Source: Eledone cirrhosa (taxonomy: Eukaryota). From it: a stretch of DNA of 64,000 bases. The notes beneath the pieces were generated by a model. It was not told the DNA's origin, did not search any database, and worked only from the letters and a program-made list of their open reading frames with translations. This document shows, piece by piece, positions 51,478 through 64,000 of the stretch; the first letter of the stretch is position 1; each line of letters starts with the position of its first letter. The DNA is taken from positions 30,194,001-30,258,000 of the forward strand of contig OZ024746.1 in NCBI GenBank assembly GCA_964016885.1. The letters run 5' to 3'. The translations under genes were made by a program, and so were the position numbers.

Positions 51478-53450
51478 AACCTTTTGATATAATTGAATGT
51501 CGTTTGAAGTTAGTTCCAAATAATATTGTAGGATACAGAAACGGACAGAATTTCAATTGACAGGAAATTATAAGATACATTTGAAAATCAATCCCGGTTT
51601 AGCACCTCCATCTTGGCCTTTGCTACCTTTAGCGAAGGAAACCAACTTTGTATTAATCACTGCATTTCTTTCTTTCACTAAACTCTCACACCAAAATATG
51701 TTAAGTTTCAAAATTAAGAATCTGTCCCTACATGTGTGTATATGACTCACATGACTGGAAGCTGCATGACCAAATGGTTAAAATGTTTTCTTCGGAATCC
51801 TTGATCTAGTGTTCAATCTGACTTTGTGACATCTCGGGCAAGTGTCATTTATCATATCCTTGGTACGATCCATGGCTTGTGAATAAAGTTTGATAGAATG
51901 AAACTGTTGGAAGCCCAGTCGATTGATGATATCTGCAATTCAAAATGCCAGATTTGTTACACCGTGACGCTTAATCTTCATGGGATGTGCGTTAAGCGTA
52001 CACGTGTCTGTGGAATTTTCATACACTTGTATGAAAAATCAAATAATGTAAAATGAGGGAGGAGTAATGGAGAGGGAATACTCCACGCCCTTGGCAAGGC
52101 TATATATCACAGCGGGCTGTCATGGAGAAGATGGTGACACCTGCTGCATCGAATATCCCACCTCAGGGGGCTCCTTCTTCATGTAGGGCGCACTTCGTAT
52201 GACTTTTAATTGGCGACAATCCTATCATTGAAAATGAGAATATGATGTTGAATCAACAAATAGTAATTTATTTTAAACGGTTTAAACTTATGTCTATTAA
52301 TATAGACTGAAAAGACATAAATAACGGGTTAAACATTTTGATAATATATTTCTAATGTAATAAACCACCTATATATTCCATTTGATTTAGTAAATAGTCC
52401 ATTATTTGAAGATATTTAGTAAAATAAATGACCATATTATTCAGCTGGTGTTTAACAAATATATTCTTTCATGACATTTTTTATTCTAATATAAATACCT
52501 TGCATGAATTGGTTTAGCATTATAGAGATAGGGATGGTTTTGGTGGGTTGCTCTGAAAATGGTTACACATTATCTTTCCTAGCCAAAACTGTGATTTTTG
52601 TGATCTTTGTTTTCCTGAGATGTTATTTTCCTTCACGCGGTTAATCATTGGCTGGTCAATATGAAGGCCGTCAAATATGTGTAATTATATGTGCAGTGAA
52701 ATGTCGATACAACAAATTTGGCAGCAATCCCATAATTGAAAATAAGAATAAAATATCATACATAATATAAATATTGTTCTGGGAAAGTCGGTACAATGCA
52801 AATTTGAAATATACCACACGTTGTTAACACCACACGCTACTCCAATCCTTTTTCTTTGAAAAGGGATTATAATCCCGAAATATGACATTTAAGGTAAAAC
52901 AGTAAACTTGCTTTTCTTACTTTTGACTACTCTAGTTTTCACTCTTGTGTTTCGAAATTGCATTGTATTGGCATACATCAAACATTCCTAAACACACATT
53001 TCACTATGTTTCATATAAACTATATATAAATATGATATTATATATCATCGCTTAATGTTCAAATTGCTGAAACTACAATATATATTTGACGATCTTAATG
53101 TTTCCAACGGTATACATTCTAGATAAGAATAATTAAATTTCTTTCTGACATAGAAGACTTAATGAGATATTTATTAGAAGAAAGCACTTACAAATACTGT
53201 GCATTATAGTCAATATTTATATCTGCAGAATAATATATTTAATGTCTAATCTAACTCCTCTCATCAGTATATCTATATATCAATATTTATATCATCCACG
53301 TTCATCTATCAATAAACATAAACAATATTATGTTGTTCATTTAAGTCATTATTGATATATTTTAACATCAGCTTAATTTATGGAAGCATTATTCGATATA
53401 AACTAAAGCTTAAATAAATACATACATATATATATATATCCCTCTCTCTT

Positions 53451-53605
<155 letters not shown>

Positions 53606-53922
53606 ATTGTATTTATATATATATATATATGTGTGTGTATGTATATATATATATATCTTTCTCTGCGTAATCATATTTTCATGTTGAATTTCATAAAATA
53701 TTTCTATGCATTTTTTATCATAGGTGACTATAAAATTATCTTTTTGATATATATTTCTTTTTCGCACTGTGTATATTACATATATTGCTGTATGTGATTT
53801 TTTTTGTATAATTTCAAATATATATCTGTATATTTTATTTCTAGATAACTATATAATTATTCTTATATGCGCATATATTTTTGTAGATATTACATAAATA
53901 TATGCATATATATATACGCATA

Positions 53923-53989
<67 letters not shown>

Positions 53990-53998
53990 GCATATATT

Positions 53999-54074
<76 letters not shown>

Positions 54075-54176
54075 TGGTGCAATTTATTCTGTATATCTAA
54101 GATATCGCACATTTCTTGTTTCTCTATACATTTAACAATATTCTTACGCAAACGATGGAAACACACTTTCTCTCTC

Positions 54177-54234
<58 letters not shown>

Positions 54235-54279
54235 GTGTGTGTGTGTGCGTTTGTGTATGTGTATGTGTGTGTATATATA

Positions 54280-54333
<54 letters not shown>

Positions 54334-54334
54334 C

Positions 54335-54381
<47 letters not shown>

Positions 54382-54769
54382 GCAGCACAATACGTTGACA
54401 ATCATGCAGAAAATTGCTCTATATCTTATGTATATTACAGATATCTCATATAAAGAATGGTCCTTAATTAGCTTACCGTGAAGAAATAGGAATAAAGAAA
54501 GAAATAACACTGATACATATTTATATTTTTCCAAACGTATTACATATGCAATTGCTCTATATTCATATAGTTAGATTAAATATTCGAAATGCTGCCTGTT
54601 TGCATTAATACAAACACAGTATTAATGTTTCTTTGTAAACCTTAAGCAAATTATTGCTTATGCTCAATGTATATATTTTATACACGTTTATGTTTCCTTG
54701 GCTAAACACTGTATTGGTGTAGATATAAATTTAAGGTATACTTCTGGTGCTTAGAACATAATTTAATAT

Positions 54770-54802
<33 letters not shown>

Positions 54803-55702
54803 CTGTATGTATGTATGCATGTGTGCGTGTGGTGCGCTCGCACGTGATCATCTGTGCATGTGCGTGTCTGTTTTATGATAAAATATTTCATATTATATAC
54901 TAAACTATCCTATAATATATACATTTATGATATTGCTCTAAAATGTTATATTACGTTTAGTTTTCAATCCACCTAAAACTGCTGTTGGTAGATGTAAAGA
55001 TAAGACTTCACGGTGAGCACACATATTAGGGATAAATTGGAGGGCAATCTCAGAGCTATATTCATTTATCCAAATTATATAGGAGCCAGTGATTATAACC
55101 GTAAGCCATTTTCGCCGTGTAGTAGTTACGTAATCTTGATATTTAAGTGATTTGGTGATGTCGGGTTGGTAGCTTTTACGTAGTCACCAAGTTTGCTAGA
55201 CATAGCAGCAAATTCTTCTTTAAACCACTGCCTGCAATCTTTAGGATCGAGGCATTCATTCGATGATGTAGTACTAAATAGAAAGATTTATAGTCACGGC
55301 TGAAAGATTGTAGGTTTTCATGTACTCTAAGGGAGAGAAAAATAGGAATGTCACGTCTGAAAGATGTAGGACTTCATGTACTCTAACAAAAAGAATATGA
55401 TTGTCACGTTTGAATTATGTAGATCTTCGTGTGCTATAACGAATAGATTCATAGGATTGCTACGGTTGAAACTTTAGCTCACCTTGGCCAAGACTAACCA
55501 GCTAGTAAACAACAAAAAAACATTTCACAGATTCTTCAATGGTCTTTATATTGACCATTTCACAATCAAAAGGGTGTAAGTCTTAATTAGTAACATCTTA
55601 ACCATCACCTACTCATTCTCTCCCTCACTTTATATATATATTACACGCCCCACACCCTTCCACCACCTGTTTTACCCCAGTTTAATTTTATTTTGATCAT
55701 GC

Positions 55703-55812
55703 TTTTATTTTTATTTTTATTTTTATTTTTATTTTTATTTTTATTTTTATTTTTATTTTTATTTTTATTTTTATTTTTATTTTTATTTTTATTTTTATTT
55801 TTATTTTTATTT
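55703..55812. repeat. (ATTTTT)n hexanucleotide microsatellite
   Basis: Direct reading. Confidence 0.95.
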
Positions 55813-55911
55813 TCATTTTCATTTCCACCGTTTCCTCCCACCCCCTTTTTGCTATATGTCTCTCCACCACTCCCCTACACACCCTTTGAACTCTCTTCCC
55901 ACACACTTTTC

Positions 55912-55943
55912 ACCTGAAGAAGGGCTTATGCCCGAAACGTCGT
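55912..55943 (+). ncRNA. Minimal PLE-type hammerhead (stem I eroded)
   Basis: CTGAAGA a gggc ttat gccc GAAA cg TC with palindromic ACGT stem III. Confidence 0.6.
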
Positions 55944-56314
55944 TCCCCACCACCACCCCACTCTCAAGAGCGTGAAATTTTCCATTATATATATATATAT
56001 ATAATGGAAAATTTCATATATATATATATATATATAGCGGCGATGAATTAGTTTAGCGAGGTTTTTTTATATGAAATCGTGTGTCGAAACAAATATTGTT
56101 ATACTTGGGGAGGGTCATATTTGTGTAATATTGCCAGAATTAATAACAGAACACAGTCACTGTTTGGTTGGTTTTCGCTTCTCGCTGTCTTTTATATCTG
56201 CAATCTAGCTTACTCGGTCCTCAATGTTGCCATTGACTGACCGACGGTCAAAAATATTACAGATACAATATAGACATAAACACATATATATAGTTTACAT
56301 AATTTACATGAATC

Positions 56315-56342
56315 TTTCGTTGCACATCTGCAACATCGTCAG
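56315..56342 (-). ncRNA. Hammerhead core and stem II in 3' pLTR
   Basis: CTGACGA t gttgca gatg tgcaac GAAA; stems I and III degenerate. Confidence 0.5.
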
Positions 56343-58385
56343 TGGTGTTATATTTTCCTCCTGTTGTGTTGTATGTCTACGCCATTTTTTATTTAGTCTG
56401 TCTATATATTTATTTATTTATTTGCTTGTTTGTTTATTTTATTTTGTCTTCTTTGCGCATGCCTTTGCGTGTGTGTATAGTGTTATGTTTGCTGTGTGAC
56501 TAGTGTGTATAGTGTTGTGTTTGCTGGGTGACTAGTGTGTGTTTATGTGCTTGTTGTTATTGTGCTTGTGTGTGTATTTATTTATCTTATTTTATTTACT
56601 TATTTATACTTCTCTTAGGTCAGTGTTGTTTGTTTGGGTGTTGTTGCTATTCCACTCATTCTTTCTGTTTAGCTTTGGTCTTCTAATTTCTATTTCACTG
56701 GCCTCTCTGATTTGCCTATCTGCTGGGTCATTTCTATGTTTAGATATTATTCTAATTTCTATGTTGTCTATGTTACCGTCATGTTGTTGTCTAGCATGTT
56801 CGTATAGTACTGACCCGTTTTTTCGTCCTTTTAGTTCCCCCCAGTGTTGGTTTATCCTTTCACCTATGCTACGAGCTGCATGTTTCTACAAGTACCCTCT
56901 GTACATTTTATGCTATAGACTACGTTTCTAGTTTTACAGTTTATCCGGGGGTTCACCTTACATATGATACATTTCCTATTGGTACAGTGGGTTTTCTTAA
57001 AAGGGTAGGTTTTGCTGATCAGGGATTTTATGGTGGTTCCTGGCTTTTCTACCACCTTTATATTTAAGTGGGTCCTTCTCAGTGCCTTTCTACACTGGTT
57101 AGCTAATTTCCCTCCAGGGGTGGCGTCCACAAACATAACACTCTGGTATCTCTGGTTGTCGTACGATGATGTGGCTTTCCCTATCTTATGTCTAGGCCTA
57201 TCTAAGCTATTCCATGATTTGCTCCTGTATAATGGGCACATTCCTTTCATGTCCAGTTCTATGAGGGTCTTATACTTTTCCATGGCTCCTTCGTATACTC
57301 TTACTCTGTCTCTTTGGTTGTAGCCAGAGAACTGCATGCGGTTGATGAAGTGTTGGATGTGTCTTTCCATTTCTGTTGGGTCGCACATGCTGGACACATT
57401 CTTCATCACTCGTACCAAATCTGCGATCAGAATATTAAACTTAGCACTACTGGACATTGCTGAGTTTTTGAGTATCAGGTATTTGGAGGCCATGGGTTTA
57501 GCATAGTGTGAGTGGAGAATTTCGGCACTCTCGTTTATAGTGTTAATCCAGAGTTCTGTGTCTAATACAGGTAGTCTATTGTTAGGGTGTTTGGAAGGGA
57601 AGTCGATAGTTACAGTTATACTCTGGTGTATGGAATTAGCTATCTGCTGGATGCTTTCCATCGTGCTACGTTCTAAATCAAACTTGTTAGTGCTCCTTTC
57701 CCACGATACCATGAAAAGGTTGGCAACATCACCAGCTATGCTGACGCCGATGGCTGCTCCCTCATTTTGGGTGTAGATTTTCTCATTGAACTTAAATATG
57801 TGGCCCTTTAGGGTAGTTTTGATACTAGCCCCTATTGCATGTGCGACCATTTTTACCAGAGTGTCATGTTTGTGGACGCCACCCCTGGAGGGAAATTAGT
57901 TAACCAGTGTAGAAAGGCCCTGAGAAGGACCCACTTAAAAATAAAGGTGGTAGAAAAGCCAGGAACCACCATAAAATCCCTGATCAGCAAAACCTACCCT
58001 TTTAAGAAAACCCACTGTACCAATAGGAAATGTATCATATGTAAGGTGAACCCCCGGATAAACAGAAAGAATGAGTGGAATAGCAACAACACCCAAACAA
58101 ACAACACTGACCTAAGAGAAGTATAAATAAGTAAATAAAATAAGATAAATAAATACATACACAAGCACAATAACAACAAGCACATAAACACACACTAGTC
58201 ACCCAGCAAACAACACTATACACACTAGTCACACAGCAAACATAACACTATACACACACGCAAAGGCATGCGCAAAGAAGACAAAATAAAATAAACAAAC
58301 AAGCAAATAAATAAATAAATATATAGATAGACTGAATAAAAAATGGCGTAGACATACAACACAACAGGAGGAAAATATAACACCA

Positions 58386-58413
58386 CTGACGATGTTGCAG
58401 ATGTGCAACGAAA
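58386..58413 (+). ncRNA. Hammerhead core and stem II in inverted pLTR
   Basis: Mirror copy of 56315-56342. Confidence 0.5.
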
Positions 58414-59608
58414 GATTCATGTAAATTATGTAAACTATATATATGTGTTTATGTCTATATTGTATCTGTAATATTTTTGACCGTCGGTCAGTCAATGGCA
58501 ACATTGAGGACCGAGTAAGCTAGATTGCAGATATAAAAGACAGCGAGAAGCGAAAACCAACCAAACAGTGAGTGTGTTCTGTTATTAATTCTGGCAATAT
58601 TACACAAATATGACCCTCCCCAAGTATAACTATATATATATATATATATGCGCGCGCGTTTGTGTGTGTGCGTATGTGTACGTATGGGTATTTGTGTGTG
58701 TATATATGTCTGTGATTGATGTAGAAGTGTACTTTTTCCATCTAGCATATTTCACTCGCAAAGTATTGGTCAATCCGAGGATGTCCTAGAGAGAACACTT
58801 TCCAAGCTGTCACGCAGTCTAATCGAACGTGAAACCACGAGGTTGCGAAGCGAGATCCTTAACACAACTACGAATGTTTCCATGTAATATCACTTGTTGA
58901 TTATAAATAAAATTGTCAGTCATAAAAATGATATTCGTTAAAATTATTACTGATGGAGATTGCTTTAACAGCTAACGAATAAAATATTAAAATGACTTCG
59001 GCAATATTTGAACTGGGAATAAAAGGAGGCGGAAGCAGAGAAAGTGTAATAATAGTAGAAAACATTTAAAATTGTATTTTAGGTGTGCACGGTATTGCTT
59101 GAAAGTGAAATTTTAAAACCTTAAATTGTATTTGATCAATGTAACGCAATTTTATGGAAATCATTTTGTGAAAGTTTATGAGAAACTTTTAAAGCTTTGT
59201 AGACTGTAGCGGTAGTTTGATTCTATAAGAACTAAACTTTTCGAAAATATTATATTGTCTCCTGAGTAATAAAAAAGAATGAAAGCTCAACGAAAGAGGA
59301 ACAACGGACTGAATAACCGTTTTAAAATTGCTTCTCTGAATAGTTAGATTTCCAATCGTTCTTAGAGAAATGACCGTACTATAAAATATCGTATGGTAGA
59401 TAATTATAGCTGGATAATTACCTTCTGGAACCATTAATTGGAAATGGACAACAACGTAGTACCTCCCAATCAAATCACGTGACTTTAAATTACACACATT
59501 AACGATAATGATTTTTCTCTTCTATTCTTATTCATTTATATATATATATACATATACATATATAAATTGTGTGTATATATATATATGTTATATATATATA
59601 TATATATA

Positions 59609-59659
<51 letters not shown>

Positions 59660-59672
59660 ATATATATATATG

Positions 59673-59724
<52 letters not shown>

Positions 59725-59794
59725 TATATATGAATATGTATGTATATATATGGTAATATATAAATGAATATGTATATATATATACATATGAAAT

Positions 59795-59850
<56 letters not shown>

Positions 59851-59859
59851 TATATGAAC

Positions 59860-59898
<39 letters not shown>

Positions 59899-59905
59899 CA
59901 CACAC

Positions 59906-59984
<79 letters not shown>

Positions 59985-60034
59985 AATGTATACATATATA
60001 TATATACATTTATATATATACACACATATTTATG

Positions 60035-60067
<33 letters not shown>

Positions 60068-60544
60068 GTGTGTGTGTGTGTATTTATGTATGTATATAAT
60101 CAGCTAGTATTCACACCTATAGGTATTCGGTGTATTTTTCCTACCATTAAACAAATGCAAACGTTTTGCTGCGCGCGCAGAGTCATATAACAATGCTTGC
60201 TGAGAAAGCTATTAATTATCATGAAAAGCGATACGTTACAGCAAACGTGATGTAAAAATTGGTTGGGTAATTATTTTCTAAGCGAAGCTCTTTGAAGATC
60301 CTTCATTTTATTGTAGATTAAAAGTATATATTATGACCTAATGCAAGGTGTGAGTTGTACATATTAAATTATAGCAATCTCTTTGTGGATATTTCGAAGC
60401 AAGCGAAGTGGGTTGTTAACAGTTATATTATTCGATCTAAAAGATTTTGTTAGATTAATTTGATGTCTAATATATACATATATACACACACACACATGTG
60501 TATATATATATATGCCTGTGTGTGTAAATAAATGTATGTATATG

Positions 60545-60647
<103 letters not shown>

Positions 60648-60650
60648 AGT

Positions 60651-60744
<94 letters not shown>

Positions 60745-60813
60745 CAGTGAGTATATCTTCTATTATTTCTGGCAATATTATTGCAACAATATGACCCTCC
60801 CCATGTATAACAA
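60745..60813 (+). mobile_element. Tiny PLE 3'-end fragment in (TA)n
   Basis: CAGTGAGT..TCTGGCAATATTA..ATATGACCCTCCCCATGTATAACAATA matches 58566-58630 and ~3795-3826. Confidence 0.8.
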
Positions 60814-60964
60814 TATATATATATATATACATATATAAATACACACATATATATATATATACACATTTATATATATACACACAAATATATATATATGTGT
60901 CTATATATGAATGTAAATATAAATATATATGTATCTATATACAAATATAAATATATACATACAC

Positions 60965-61058
<94 letters not shown>

Positions 61059-61689
61059 CTTTATGTGTATATATGTGTATATATTATGTGTATATATTGT
61101 GTATATATATGTATATATATTATACATGCCTGTATGGATATATATATATATATTTATATAAACGTTTTTATCCAGTTAATGCACGAAATCAATTGACAGT
61201 ATATTTATTAGACTAACAAAATTACAGTTTGTCAATAGGAGTTGCTACATCGATGGATAATACGATGGCAAGCTAATTAGTGACACAATTATATAAGCAT
61301 ATATCCATCATGGCGCTGGTTTTTATAATAATCAAAGGCAAACTCCACTTGCATCGAAGTAGTATCTAAATATTAACAAATGTGGTCTGGTTAAATGGCT
61401 ATTGTATATAGAAAGCGGCTTATCTAATGTTACACTAAATATATAGTTATGACAAAGAATTGAAAAGTTGCAATGTCGGTTAAAAGGAAATATTAACGGA
61501 GAAAAATAAAATTTGTTCAATAAAACTTTACCATTAAAAATCGCTGGAACAGTTGGAGGAAGAGCAGGGGGGGGGGGGAGGGCACAAGAGAAGGAAGTGG
61601 ATGAGGAGGAAAGGATATATAGAGAGTTACAAAACTTGGTAAGGGTAGTGATGGGGGTGCTGTGTTAATGGTGGAGGCTGTGTATGTGA

Positions 61690-62420
61690 TGGCGATGGTC
61701 ATGGTGGTGTTGTTAGTGGTGATGATGTCGGGAGGTTGGCGGGGCTGGGGGTGTTAGTGATGTTTATGGTGATGCTGGTATCGTTGTGTTAGTAGCTCTG
61801 TAATAGTTGTGTATGCGATGGTGATGGTGGTGGTGATGGTGGTGGTGATAGCGGTGGCGGTAATGGTGGTGTGTTAATGGTGATAGTTGTATATATGATG
61901 GTGATGATGGCGGTGGTAGTGGTGTTGTTGTGTTAATGGTAATAGTTGGGTATGTGATGGTGATGGTGATGGTGGTGGTGGTGGTGGTAATGATGGTGGG
62001 GTAGAAGGTGATTGTGGTGTGTTAATGGTGATAGTTGAGTATATGATGATGATGGTAGTGGTAGTGGTGGCTGTAGTGGTGGTTGTGGTGAAGGTGGTGT
62101 TAGTGATAGTGATGGTGATGCTGATTGTGGTGGTGGTGGTTGTTTTGGTGTTTGTGGTGGTAGTTGTCGTGGTTGTGTTGGTGATACTGTTCATCTTTAA
62201 TATATTCTTGTTGGTAGTGTTGTTGATGTTGTTGGTGTTATTGGTTGTGTTGATTGTGTTGGTGGCGCTGGTAGTGTAGTAGTGTTGTTGTGGGTGTTGA
62301 TGGTCATTGTGTTTGTGGTGTTGTTGATGTTTTCGGTAATAGTGTTGTTACTTTTCTTGTTGGTTGTGGTGATGTTGTCTGTGTCGGGGTGGTGTTGTTG
62401 TTGGTGGTGGTGGTGATAAT
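61690..62420. repeat. Degenerate (GGT/GTT/GAT)n trinucleotide region
   Basis: Direct reading. Confidence 0.9.
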
Positions 62421-62798
62421 GTTGTTATTTTATTTTGTGTTCTTGTGATAGTGGGGGCGGTGTTGACATTTCTAGCAGCGGCAAATTTGTTTCATAATTT
62501 TCTAGTGCAGCGTTGGTGTTGTTCATACAGCTGATGTTGCTGCTACTACTACAGTTGCTGCTACTGATGCAGCTATTACCGGTTTATACAATTTTACCGT
62601 TCCATTCTGCGGATTGCCGGCTTTTCCCTTCAGCCGAATAACACGATTCACCCAACAACCTTTTTCTTCAAACAAAAATTGAGGAGCGTGTTTGATAAAC
62701 AAACCTTGGTTTCGCTCCTAAGGGCTACAGGTAGAGCTACACTAACCAGCTCACCAAGATACTGGTTATTTTAACTTTAAAAAAAGCAGTCACAAAAT

Positions 62799-63030
62799 TG
62801 GAGCGGTAGAAACACTTCTGAATTGGGAGGGTGGGCCAAATTTGGAAAATTTAGTTGCAGTGATTAGTTTTGCTCTTTGCACTCTAAAATGATCAGAAAA
62901 CTTCAATATACGATAAACATAACATGTACATAAATTGAAGCGTATATCCAAATAGATGTGTTTTGGTAGTTTGGGGAGAAAATATAATTATAAGAGGGAA
63001 CATGCCCCCTCCCCAGTTCCACCGCCACTT
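62799..63030. mobile_element. Second copy of the MITE at 33750-33996
   Basis: CTTCTGAATTG, CAGAAAACTTC, ACATGTACATAAATT, GCGTATATCCAAATAGATG and GTTCCACCGCC are shared. Confidence 0.65.
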
Positions 63031-64000
63031 TATATATATAATTGAAAGAAAATATGCCATGTGCCCTTTCCTCTATATCTACTACACGACACTCACTTTC
63101 AATACCCATCTCTATATCAATTAACACCAAACTCTCCCCCTCTCTATATCTATTACACGGAACTCTCTTCCAATTCCCCTCTCTATATCAATAAACATCA
63201 AGCTGTCCATTTCTCTATATCTAATATACAACACACTCTCCCAAGCTTCCTCTCTTTATCAATTACCACGAAACTCTCCCCCTCTCTCTCTCTATATATA
63301 TATATATATCTATCTCTCCCATATATCTCTAAATAACATGTACATAAATTGTAGCGCATATACAAATTGATGTGTTTTGGTATTTGTGTGAGAAAAATAT
63401 GATTATTGGGGGTGGGGCCATGCCTAAACCCACCACCACCCGTTCCACCGACCCTGAAAAAGTTGAATACGATTAATGACGTTGTTTCGAGACACGACAT
63501 ACTAAAGATAGTTGCAATAATAATAGAGGTGAAACTGAGAAGACAATAATCATTTGCTGGTGAATAATTTAATTTTTAAAATTTATCCCGAGGATATTCT
63601 TCATTCCCCGCCAACTTTATAAGTAATCACGTGTTTGTGTAGTTTGTCCTAATTTAGATGTTTCAGAGTTGAATTAATCACATAAACAAATTAATTATTT
63701 TAATTAAAGGTTGTTTTTAATTAAAGTTTGATTCATCTATAGGTCATATCTGACTTAGTTGACTAACGGTCAAATATATTCTGGTCATCACTATCACACA
63801 TATATATCTAAATTCATCAACGAACAAAAGTATTAAGGAATATATAGCCTTTTAAAAGAAATTTAAAAAAAAAGAGAAACTGAGAAATAAAAAATTGGGA
63901 GAATAATTAAATGTTGAAGAATTGGGAAGCAGGAGTAAATTTTACACTTTGGGGGTGGGTGAAATATCTCAGCAAAACGGCTAAATCATTGCCGTGGAAA

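Larger units (their letters stand above)
56037..58630 (-). mobile_element. Penelope-like element (family of 1780-3890) with 5' inverted, internally deleted copy of its 3' end
   Basis: ORF 56864-57850 is homologous to 2094-3234 but lacks the YVDD segment. 57854-58063 is RC of 56939-57148 and 58059-58630 is RC of 56098-56671. (TA)n on both sides. Confidence 0.92.

Noticed and set aside
62633-62729. Possible 97-nt exon (TTTTCCCTTCAG acceptor, open frame, GTAGAG donor)
   Set aside because: Weak donor, no homology recognised, expected by chance.

Overview
AT-rich, microsatellite-dense animal intergenic or intronic DNA. The repeat families suggest a cephalopod, probably Octopus (inference). I cannot support any intact host gene, rRNA, tRNA or CRISPR array. 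The window is a patchwork of retroelements: four Penelope-like element (PLE) insertions plus a PLE 3' fragment, a nearly intact RTE LINE with a PHD finger inside its RT, an L1/Tx1 LINE with an RT-core deletion, an R4/Dong-like remnant, many tRNA-derived SINEs and a few MITEs. The main signal is non-coding. About 15 minimal type I hammerhead-ribozyme (HHR) motifs from roughly 8 unrelated sequence families sit inside (TA)n-anchored fold-back inserts. One family forms a ~440-nt HHR unit found both head-to-tail and as a circularly permuted copy with a PLE-style inversion, i.e. a candidate non-autonomous retrozyme/circRNA mobilised by PLEs. All ribozyme calls were folded by eye and their activity is untested.
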